Of a stretch of 64,000 nt of DNA, positions 51,812 to 60,485 are shown piece by piece (the first letter of the stretch is position 1; the number at the start of each line of letters is the position of its first letter). The stretch is from NCBI GenBank assembly GCA_019058315.1, contig JAHPZH010000002.1:1037910-1101909 (forward strand), given 5' to 3'. Source of the stretch: Candidatus Helarchaeota archaeon (GTDB taxonomy: Archaea > Asgardarchaeota > Lokiarchaeia > Helarchaeales > RDOG01). The position numbers and the translations under genes were made by a program. Below the pieces are notes generated by a model. That model searched no databases and was not told where the DNA came from. It worked only from the letters and a program-made list of their open reading frames with translations.

Positions 51812-53473
51812 ATGTGGAGAAAAATGAAAAAACGCAATCTTATGGCTCTCATCATTACTGGAATTTTAGTAATTCCCGTATTTATTGCATTATATGAAGC
51901 TAATGCTTCTTCCAACTTGCCTATTACACTCCCTGCTAAGAATTCTTTCCAATTGTCGTCTCTAACATCATTTAATGATAATTGGACACTTCCTATTCCA
52001 AATCCAGGTATAGACGGTTTAGAATGTAGGATGGCTATTGATTCAAATGATATAATTCACATTGTTTATGTTAATGGTACAATTACTCAACAGATAATAT
52101 ATACTAATTCATCCAATTACACCAATATTCGAAAAGTTTCAAACAATCCAGCTGACTCCGTGGAGCCGGCAATTGCAGTTGGTGATAATACTGTATATAT
52201 TGTTTGGATGGCTACAATTGCGGCTGAATTTAATATTGTAATATCAAACAGTTCTGACTATTTTTCAACAAATTTAACAATATCAACAAATAATTCAGCA
52301 AGTAATTACAATCCCGATATCGCTGTGGATTCTAATGGTATTGTGCACGTTGTTTGGGCAGCACCTCATAACATTACTGGTTTCGGTGAAATTTGGTACA
52401 CAAATAGCAGTAGTAATTATAAAACAATTACAAAAATAACTAATAGTTCTAATGATGATGATAGGAATCCTAGTATTGCAGTAGGTTCTGATAATACCAT
52501 ACATATCGCTTGGAATATGGACCAAATTTTTTACGCTAATTCTACTGACAATTTTCAATCTATTCAAACGGTAAGTAAAAATCCTAGTAACCCTAATACA
52601 AACCCTGATATTGTCGCAACAAACCCAATCTTCATAACTTGGGCTGCTAATGTGGGTGCAGGAGTAGATGAAATTTTTCTTGCGAACAGTTCAAACAATT
52701 GGGAAAATATTACCATTTCTAAAAGTCCAACCAACAATAGTAAACACCCACGAATAATGAAATTTGGTGATATAATTCACATTGTATGGACTGCAGAATA
52801 TTTACCGTCCACGGATCTTGTATCTTATGCAAATAGTCTAGATAATTACCAAGAAAATACAACAATTAGTTTGAATTGTACTTTTGATAATTCTGCCGAT
52901 ATTGCTTTTACTAAAAATGGAAGAATCATTATTATTTGGCCATTTAATTTCACAATTTATTCTCGAAATTCAACTTATCCATCATCTCCTGCAGTAAGAC
53001 AGATAAAATCTATATTAATTCCAATGGAGCTGAACAAACCTGGAACTGCAATGCTTGCATTTGGCGAATTTTTTAATGAATTTTATATTGAAAAAGTAGA
53101 GATAATGTGGTCCACAAATACTGGCGTTTCATGGAATACTTTTCTAATGTTTGGCTCAGGAAATGGGACAAAATGGAAAGGCACAGGAGTGATTCCTGGT
53201 TATCAATACGGCGTTGTATTATTGTATAAGTATAAGATAACTGACAAGGCTGGAATTGAACATGAGACCACACAACAAATGTTTTACTATCCAGATACTA
53301 GGACTGAAAGCATAGTATTAATCATAATACTATTCGGAGTATTGGGAACTCTCACAGCACTATATCTTATTCCACAAACAAGGAACTTCTTTGGTAGGCT
53401 ATTTAGTCGTAAAGAAGATAAAACTACTGAAAAAGCAAAAAAGCCTGAAGTTAAGGAAACACCTGAATCTTAA
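51812..53473 (+). CDS. Membrane-anchored surface beta-propeller protein
   Basis: Signal/TM; ~6 repeats PxIAVDSxGxxHIVW...IxYxNS; Ig-like segment; C-terminal TM and charged tail. Confidence 0.82.
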   Translation: MWRKMKKRNLMALIITGILVIPVFIALYEANASSNLPITLPAKNSFQLSSLTSFNDNWTLPIPNPGIDGLECRMAIDSNDIIHIVYVNGTITQQIIYTNSSNYTNIRKVSNNPADSVEPAIAVGDNTVYIVWMATIAAEFNIVISNSSDYFSTNLTISTNNSASNYNPDIAVDSNGIVHVVWAAPHNITGFGEIWYTNSSSNYKTITKITNSSNDDDRNPSIAVGSDNTIHIAWNMDQIFYANSTDNFQSIQTVSKNPSNPNTNPDIVATNPIFITWAANVGAGVDEIFLANSSNNWENITISKSPTNNSKHPRIMKFGDIIHIVWTAEYLPSTDLVSYANSLDNYQENTTISLNCTFDNSADIAFTKNGRIIIIWPFNFTIYSRNSTYPSSPAVRQIKSILIPMELNKPGTAMLAFGEFFNEFYIEKVEIMWSTNTGVSWNTFLMFGSGNGTKWKGTGVIPGYQYGVVLLYKYKITDKAGIEHETTQQMFYYPDTRTESIVLIIILFGVLGTLTALYLIPQTRNFFGRLFSRKEDKTTEKAKKPEVKETPES

Positions 53474-53502
53474 ATTAATTTCTATTTTTTACTTATTTAA
53501 AG

Positions 53503-54918
53503 TTAAACTATCGGAATCAAATTAATATTTGGATAATCTACTTCTAAAGCTAACGGATATTTAAAGTAAGGTTTTATTATTTCTAAAATAACACATCCAT
53601 CCATTCTTTCTAAGTTAAAATGATAATCACATTGATTTAACGAATATTGTAAAGCTTTTGAACCTTTTTTTATAAATAAAACATTTAAATTTCCCCCCAT
53701 ACGTGATACTTCTATGTTTTTCTCTTGAATTGGGATGTAGACATCAAGGGGATACTTGATTTCTAATGATCCAAGACTAGAAAAAAGTTGAATAATGTGT
53801 CCATCTGAAGAATTATCTATTAAATATCTTGCAGTTTCATTGTAAAGATTAATATCCAATTCTAAATTGCTACCATGAGTATATTTAATAAAAGGCTTTT
53901 CTATTTTAAAAAAATTATTTTCCTCTTTAAAAATTAAGACTTTTTTATTAAATACTTCTTCCGAGACTAATGGAACAAGATCATTAAAATATTTCATGGC
54001 ATATTCCTCCCCAGCTGGAGCTATTGTGCAAGTTCGCCCATGTTTCAGAAAATTTAGAATGGTTTGATAGACTAGAGTCTTTGGAAATATATCTGAAATC
54101 CCATCTCCTATCTCGAAAACGATAAAGGATCCCTTTCTATAACCCCCATTTAGAATATTATCTAATTGATGATTTCCTGTCGAGAAACAATCTCCAGAAT
54201 CTTCTATTTTTTGAAAACTACCCTGTTTAATTTTTGGATATAGGGGTTCGAAATTTCTGAATCTGCCGTTATTTAAAGTGAATATATATTCATGCTGAGC
54301 TACTTCTACGCCTCTAAGCTTTTCAATATGCATTTCTCGGATTCTTTTTTTTCGAGCCCTTTTTCCAAACCCTATACGTTTCAAAGTTATGATTCCATCC
54401 ACTATATAGTCTAAATAGGTTTCACTTTCTGTTTCCGTAACTAAAAATAATTTAATCTTCTTTTGTCGAACCATTTCACTTAGAAATGATTCTATTTTAC
54501 CCTCGATAATTGAGGATGATTGGGAATATTTAAGGAGTGTACTCCATGCGTCGATAACGACAAAGGGGTGTTCTAGATTTTTAGTTCTGTGATAGATGAC
54601 TTGTAAGAATTCAGGTAGATCTTTGAACCTAATAATTGATTCAAAGTATGTTTCTGTATCTGTTGAAATATAAGCTAGTTGAGTGATATCAAACATATTT
54701 TCTGGTTTAATTGCATCTTTTATCCAAGGAAACTGATGTTTTAAAGAAAGAGGGCTAACTCTAGTTGAGAAATATAGTGGATTTTCCGATCTAGAAAGTA
54801 ATTCCAAAACTAATGTAGTTTTACCAGAACCTGCTATACCTTTTACTAAAATCGAATACCCATAGGGTTTATTAATAGCCTCGACTAATTCTTTCGGAAT
54901 ATTATCCATACCTCTCAC
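53503..54918 (-). CDS. GvpD-like RAD55/KaiC-family ATPase (duplicated domain, second degenerate)
   Basis: GYSILVKGIAGSGKTT, STRVS, VVIDAW, LDYIVDGIITL...IEKLRG, FSTGNHQLDNILNGGY. Confidence 0.88.
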   Translation of the reverse strand: MRGMDNIPKELVEAINKPYGYSILVKGIAGSGKTTLVLELLSRSENPLYFSTRVSPLSLKHQFPWIKDAIKPENMFDITQLAYISTDTETYFESIIRFKDLPEFLQVIYHRTKNLEHPFVVIDAWSTLLKYSQSSSIIEGKIESFLSEMVRQKKIKLFLVTETESETYLDYIVDGIITLKRIGFGKRARKKRIREMHIEKLRGVEVAQHEYIFTLNNGRFRNFEPLYPKIKQGSFQKIEDSGDCFSTGNHQLDNILNGGYRKGSFIVFEIGDGISDIFPKTLVYQTILNFLKHGRTCTIAPAGEEYAMKYFNDLVPLVSEEVFNKKVLIFKEENNFFKIEKPFIKYTHGSNLELDINLYNETARYLIDNSSDGHIIQLFSSLGSLEIKYPLDVYIPIQEKNIEVSRMGGNLNVLFIKKGSKALQYSLNQCDYHFNLERMDGCVILEIIKPYFKYPLALEVDYPNINLIPIV

Positions 54919-55152
54919 ATCCGAATAGGAATTGAATATTAAATCACGAAAATTTTGTTAAAGAAAATTAAATAAAATAATTAATTTTTTATTAGTAGTT
55001 TTTAGACCTCGTTTTTTAATTTTTTCCATTGAAGTGTGTGATTCCGATCATACTATGAGATATTAGTTCTTTTTGAGGTTTTTTAAGAAAGCTTTTAATT
55101 TAATGAAATCTAATTAAATAATAAAGATTGACAAAATGAGGAACTTTATGCG

Positions 55153-55389
55153 ATGTTTCAAATAGAAGAAGCACCCACGGGCACCACTAAATGTGATTGG
55201 TGTGGGGAGCTTATTAAAAAAGGCACACTTAGACTAAGATTTGCCCCGCCAAAAGGTTACAATTATTATTGGCATCAAGATTGCGGGATAAAATATTTGG
55301 AAGGACTAAAAATTATGTTAAAAAATGGCGAAAAAGGTCATATTGGTCGAGAAGAAGCAGATAAAGCTCGGAAAGATGTGAGGTTATAA
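55153..55389 (+). CDS. Stand-alone PARP-type zinc-finger protein
   Basis: IEEAPTGTTKCDWCGELIKKGTLRL...WHQDC (C-x2-C-x23-H-x2-C); GAGGA SD-like motif. Confidence 0.75.
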   Translation: MFQIEEAPTGTTKCDWCGELIKKGTLRLRFAPPKGYNYYWHQDCGIKYLEGLKIMLKNGEKGHIGREEADKARKDVRL

Positions 55390-55730
55390 ATTTACGGTTA
55401 TGTTAACCTTTACTCCTGCATAATAATCAAGTAAAAGAAAATCAATTAATACAGAAACGGAAATTTAATTATTTTAATTTATGTCGATGAATTTCTAAAA
55501 AAACCGACCTTTCAAGGCTTTTTAGTCCAAATCCCACTTAAACTTCATCAAAAATAAGAAATACATGAGAAATTTTTATATTTGGTATAAAATTTTGACT
55601 TTTTTTTAAATTTTTCCTAAATAAAAACAATTAAATATTAAAAAAAATATATAAAATCATAATTTATATAAATCTTAAGATTACTTTAATACTTGATGAT
55701 TAGTCTTATCCACAATAAGGAAATGGTTAT

Positions 55731-57404
55731 TTGGATGAAATAAGTTTTTCTTCTGCTTTGAAAAAAATGAAAAAGGTTCGTATTATTCGTTTAAAAAGCA
55801 TTTTATTTGAATTATACGGTTTTGAAATGAATAAATATGAAGTAGCAAAAATTGTGGGAGTTACACCCCAAGCCATTGGACCAGAAATCGATTTTTTGGA
55901 GAATGTCGATCTTCTTAAGAAAACAAGGGTGGAGAAACGCAGAGGTCTTCCATCTTTTTATTATACATTAAATATTGAATCATTAATTGATAGTCTAAAT
56001 CTAGATAGCGATGAAAAAGGTATTTTAAAAGAGGGGCTTATTCGTCTTCAGAATGCTTACCGGCAATTAAAAAACTTGGAAAAAGACAGAAAAATTTCTA
56101 AGATAGAAAGCAGTTTGTATGAAGGAATAGTTCCAAATGACTATAAAATGTTTAATCTACAATTTATTAGTTCCATTTTAATAATTGCTGCACTTCTTTT
56201 CGATTTTGGATTTTCAATGCTACCTGATTTTCTTAAAAATAACCAACAATTGTTTTTTATTCTGCAAAATTATTCCAATGAATTACGAGATAACCTAAAA
56301 ATTGATGATCTGGATATGAATAACTGGATTAATGAAAATATCAAATCAATTAGTAATATTTACCAAAAAATTTGGAATGAGTTGATGCAGGCGATAGTAT
56401 TAAAATCAATTATTCAAGAGCCAAGTATGAAAATTATGGATAAGTTTGAAGAGACTAAGGAAGAAGATTTGAAGGTTAAGGTCGAAAAATTTCGAAATTA
56501 CAAAAAACAAAAGATAAAATTTAACGAAATTATTACAGAAGAAACAAATATTAAAAATAAATGTGATCAGAATTTAAGATCGACCGTTAATACCTTACTA
56601 GGGATTCAAAAGAAAGTATTAAAGGATAAAATAATTGGAAATAAATTAGATACTATTTATAATAAACTTTCATCTTTATCAACTAAATTAAAATCAACTT
56701 CTCTAGGAATGACATCATTTGGTACAGAAACAGAAAAAATCGAAGCAGTTAATATTAAAATTGCAATTCTTAAAGCATTAAATGAAGAAGTCGATGAATT
56801 AAAAGACCATTTAGCAAATATGGACCAATCAATTGACTATGGAAATTATGATGAAGTTGAAATACAAATAAAATCACTTTTTTCAATCACCCGAAATTTG
56901 GATAAATTTCAAAATTGGTATATAGATCCAAAAGAATTTCTTGAAAAACCTGCTGAAAAAACTAAAATTGATAAAAATGAATTGGATAATAAGATTTTAG
57001 CTTTAGTAAATAAAAATAAGCGTAATAATATAATTTTATTAAACGATTTTATTGCAGAATTTAGTTCAGCATATCCAAATTTTAGAATTACAAAGAACCA
57101 AATCGTCAAAGGAATACAAAGATTAAGTCAAAAATCAATTTATCCTCAAATTGAATCAATCAAATTGGAGAAGAAAAAAGAAAAGGTTATACGTTTGGAT
57201 TCGACAGATAAGGACCAAATTGAAATACTTCAAATTGCTAACGCTACAAATGGTAGGGTAACAATAGAAGGTCTACAACTACAATTAGATTGGCCTGTCT
57301 ATCGTGCAAAAGTTGTTTTGGAAGATTTAGTTAGTAACAATAAATTACATTTTAAAAGTACACGATCAGAGGGTGATGTGTATTATATTCCAGGAGTGTT
57401 ATAA
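55731..57404 (+). CDS. HTH - helical bundle - ESCRT-II Vps22/36 (EAP30)-like tandem winged-helix fusion protein
   Basis: N-terminal MNKYEVAKIVGVTPQAIGPEIDFLENVDLL...FYYTLN (ArsR-like wHTH). C-terminal DQIEILQIANATNGRVTIEGLQLQLDWPVYRAKVVLEDLVSNN...YYIPG fits the Vps22/SNF8 pattern. Confidence 0.75.
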   Translation: MDEISFSSALKKMKKVRIIRLKSILFELYGFEMNKYEVAKIVGVTPQAIGPEIDFLENVDLLKKTRVEKRRGLPSFYYTLNIESLIDSLNLDSDEKGILKEGLIRLQNAYRQLKNLEKDRKISKIESSLYEGIVPNDYKMFNLQFISSILIIAALLFDFGFSMLPDFLKNNQQLFFILQNYSNELRDNLKIDDLDMNNWINENIKSISNIYQKIWNELMQAIVLKSIIQEPSMKIMDKFEETKEEDLKVKVEKFRNYKKQKIKFNEIITEETNIKNKCDQNLRSTVNTLLGIQKKVLKDKIIGNKLDTIYNKLSSLSTKLKSTSLGMTSFGTETEKIEAVNIKIAILKALNEEVDELKDHLANMDQSIDYGNYDEVEIQIKSLFSITRNLDKFQNWYIDPKEFLEKPAEKTKIDKNELDNKILALVNKNKRNNIILLNDFIAEFSSAYPNFRITKNQIVKGIQRLSQKSIYPQIESIKLEKKKEKVIRLDSTDKDQIEILQIANATNGRVTIEGLQLQLDWPVYRAKVVLEDLVSNNKLHFKSTRSEGDVYYIPGVL

Positions 57405-57407
57405 AAA

Positions 57408-58115
57408 ATGAGTGATATGATAACTTGGGATTATGCAACTAATAAAGGCATAGTATATAGATGCCCTGTAGATAAGAAACATAAAGGATTTATTGTAAAA
57501 CAAGGTTTTGAGCAAGCTCTATGGATACGTAATGGAATTTTATATGATACGATTTCTGGAATTTCCTATAAATTTAAGAAAGGTGAAAAAGAGGGCAGTG
57601 AAATAATCTATGTAAAACTTGGAGATATTAAGATTAATTGGGGAATTCCTAAAAATAATGGTATAATCACAGTCGATGGAATAAAAATAGGCGGTCATGG
57701 AGATGTTATCGTTAAAATTTTAAATCCTGCAGATTTCGTATTTAATCTTGCAGGCTCAGTAGGTCAAGAATTTGTGGAATCAGTCGAAAAAGAAATATTC
57801 ATAAAAGGAGAGAAAAATAAGGAAAAAGTTCTTCGTAAAAAAGTGCAAAAAGACGAAATTGATGTTAAAGATGCGAAACGGGCATTAGAAGCTTTTTTAT
57901 TTACAAAAACTGATTTAAAAAATTGGCTAGTCAATGTTATTCGTAGTTCTCTACGTGACAAACTTTCAAAATTAACATTAAATGAACTTCTAAAAGTTGA
58001 CATAAGTGAAGTTGAAAGAGATTTACGTATAAAAAATACAGATGTATTTCAAAGTTGGGGTTTGGAGCTTAAATCTTTTAGTATAATCGGATGGCAATTA
58101 CCAAATAATTTCTGA
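57408..58115 (+). CDS. SPFH/Band-7 domain protein, YdjI-type
   Basis: FIVKQG-EQALWIRNG...IIYVK...INWG...GGHG...KILNPADFV...LR...WGLELKSFSI. Confidence 0.8.
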   Translation: MSDMITWDYATNKGIVYRCPVDKKHKGFIVKQGFEQALWIRNGILYDTISGISYKFKKGEKEGSEIIYVKLGDIKINWGIPKNNGIITVDGIKIGGHGDVIVKILNPADFVFNLAGSVGQEFVESVEKEIFIKGEKNKEKVLRKKVQKDEIDVKDAKRALEAFLFTKTDLKNWLVNVIRSSLRDKLSKLTLNELLKVDISEVERDLRIKNTDVFQSWGLELKSFSIIGWQLPNNF

Positions 58116-58117
58116 CG

Positions 58118-60478
58118 ATGATTTATATGAGTAATAACCCAGAAATTAAATATGACGGAGTTCTTTATTATCTTCCATTATATGAAGATGAAATCGTAAG
58201 AAATATAGTCAGTGCGGATAAACGAGTCAAAAGACGTAAGGATCTTGATGGCTATATCATTTTAACAAATTACAGATTTATCTTCATGGAAAGGAAAAAA
58301 GATTTAGAATATCACCTTTCAAGCTTTTTCTATTATAAAGATATTGAAAATATTAGACTTGGTGGAGTTGTCAATAAATTTATACAAATTAATGGTGTTC
58401 TATTTCATCCAAAGGATGTTTCAGTAGATTACTTAAGAAGTTCAATTAATAAATTCACAATAGAAGCAAAAAAACAAATCTTTTCATTTGAGCCAATGCC
58501 AGAAGAAGAACCCTTTCCTGAAGTTGAAATCAGCGATAAAAATATGTTTAATAAAGTTACAAACCTCTTCATTTCGATTTTTTCAACAATAATTGGACTT
58601 TTTTTAGTATTAAACTCTGCTTTATCTTTTTATTTTGGACCACATGCTTATTTGCCATTTGTAACCTCTATATTAGGAGTCGTTTTCTCTTCAATTATAA
58701 TGGGTGTCATAAATCATGAGAATAATAAAGATAATTTTTCAGAGGAATATTTTGATTCGCTAAAAAACACACTTTACTTTTCTATTTTAAGTCTTACATT
58801 TACTAGTGTAGGTTTGGGGCTTGATGGTCACTATGGACTGGCATTCAATTTATTTAGTATTAGATACAACTCCGCTCTCCTGATATTCGTCGTTTATTTA
58901 ACAATTGGAGTTCTTCTAATGTTTAAAAATGGAATTAATTTCTCAAATTTATTTAACGAGCCAGAGAATCCATATAATGAATTTAATAATAGAATTTTTG
59001 AAGAATTTGAATCTGAGAAGTTTCAAAACCGATCAAAAATGATATTTATTGTTTTTATCACTTTAATTGCAATACAAATGTTAATTTTAATCCTTTACAA
59101 CTTATTTCCTGGTGGCGGTATATATTTGGTCTTTTCATGGACTTTCTCTCAAACCCCAGCTCCCTTGGATGTTAGAAGTATCATTCCTGGTAATAGCTAT
59201 TATCTATTTAATCCTCTATTTTCAGGTGCAACAATTGTCGTTGGAATTTTTGGATTAATTTTAACTGCAATTATTCAAGCTCGAAATATTGGATATTTAA
59301 GATATTATTCTCTAGATATTTACAACACACTAAAAAACCGAGTTAGAGACAAAACCAATAGAATGAAATTGTTAAAAGAAAGAATTTTAAATAAAACACA
59401 AAATATTCTTAAACAAATGCATGCAGCTGTTACAGGAGTTGCAGAAAAGTCTATCCCAATAACGGAACAAGAAAGACGAATACCTATTGAAGTAAATGAT
59501 CAGAAAAAAATTGAAAAAATACATGTCGTGCCAAATTCAACAAATTCGAACTCTTTAATAAATCAAGTATCTGTTCAAGATAAATCTACTGAAATTCCAA
59601 TTATGGTAACTAAAGAAGAAGAAATCCCAATACCCGAAATAAAAAAACAAGAGCTCGTAGAGAGGATTATCGGAAAAATTGAAGTAAAACGTGGGGGACT
59701 AATAAAAGGAAGTGAATATTTATATAAAGTAAAAGTGGAAAATTTGTCTAATTCAGTAATCACCGATTTAAGAATCATAATAACTTCATATCCCGATGAT
59801 AGCTTAAAAATTGTAGGTTCAGAATTGCAAAAAAGATCAAAATTAACTCCTGGTGAAATGGTTTCCCCGTCTTTTACATTTCGGCCTACTGAAGATTGTA
59901 TTGTCGGAAAAATTAATTCAATTGTAACGTATTTAGATGCAAGAGGTGAATCACAACAAATAAGCATAGAACCTCTTATTATACGCTTTATTTGCGGTCT
60001 TTTAACTCCCCTTCCCATTAAAGCAGAAGAATTTGATCAAATAGTCAAAAAATTATTAAATTATTCGAATGCTGGGGAAGAGCTCGAATTGCCTCATAGC
60101 GCAAAGAGTATTTATGAAAAAGCAAAAGTATTATTGCCACAAAATAACTTTTATCTTATTTCCGCGGAGGATCATGAGGTTGCTTCTAATTTTATTGGTA
60201 TATTAAAAGGATTTGCTGCAGGACAATATTCTCATAAAAAAGTGGGTACACAAATAACTGTTACAGGTAAAAAAAATGAGAATTTTTGTGCTGCTCGAAT
60301 AGATGGATATACAGAAGATGCATCCATGTTAACACCTCTAATTTCGGAGCTAAAAAATGATATAAGAAGCTGGAATTGTGAGCAATGTGGAGCGCAATTA
60401 AGTGATACTCAAATTAAGAAAATATTAGATGGTAAAATTGTTCGATGTAAATATTGTGATGAGATATTAAAAATATAA
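58118..60478 (+). CDS. PH-like - ~6 TM - adaptin/COP appendage-like (Ig + platform) - Zn ribbon protein
   Basis: GYIILTNYRFIF...YKDIENI (PH/GRAM-like); six hydrophobic helices; YKVKVEN...LTPGE...FTFRP...TYLD...LTPLPIKAEEF; CEQC...CKYC. Confidence 0.7.
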   Translation: MIYMSNNPEIKYDGVLYYLPLYEDEIVRNIVSADKRVKRRKDLDGYIILTNYRFIFMERKKDLEYHLSSFFYYKDIENIRLGGVVNKFIQINGVLFHPKDVSVDYLRSSINKFTIEAKKQIFSFEPMPEEEPFPEVEISDKNMFNKVTNLFISIFSTIIGLFLVLNSALSFYFGPHAYLPFVTSILGVVFSSIIMGVINHENNKDNFSEEYFDSLKNTLYFSILSLTFTSVGLGLDGHYGLAFNLFSIRYNSALLIFVVYLTIGVLLMFKNGINFSNLFNEPENPYNEFNNRIFEEFESEKFQNRSKMIFIVFITLIAIQMLILILYNLFPGGGIYLVFSWTFSQTPAPLDVRSIIPGNSYYLFNPLFSGATIVVGIFGLILTAIIQARNIGYLRYYSLDIYNTLKNRVRDKTNRMKLLKERILNKTQNILKQMHAAVTGVAEKSIPITEQERRIPIEVNDQKKIEKIHVVPNSTNSNSLINQVSVQDKSTEIPIMVTKEEEIPIPEIKKQELVERIIGKIEVKRGGLIKGSEYLYKVKVENLSNSVITDLRIIITSYPDDSLKIVGSELQKRSKLTPGEMVSPSFTFRPTEDCIVGKINSIVTYLDARGESQQISIEPLIIRFICGLLTPLPIKAEEFDQIVKKLLNYSNAGEELELPHSAKSIYEKAKVLLPQNNFYLISAEDHEVASNFIGILKGFAAGQYSHKKVGTQITVTGKKNENFCAARIDGYTEDASMLTPLISELKNDIRSWNCEQCGAQLSDTQIKKILDGKIVRCKYCDEILKI

Positions 60479-60485
60479 AAATTCT

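Noticed and set aside
53503-54918. GvpD-like ATPase as evidence of gas vesicles or a circadian clock
   Set aside because: No gvpA or kaiB neighbours; such RAD55/KaiC paralogues are common in archaea.
55706-55714. Perfect DnaA box TTATCCACA
   Set aside because: Single copy in an archaeal genome; compatible with chance.
6985-60018. Numerous short nested or antisense ORFs in the track (e.g. 9116, 11049, 11929, 15666, 17356, 25817, 38830, 44893, 59575)
   Set aside because: Each overlaps a longer, motif-supported gene and lacks independent coding evidence.
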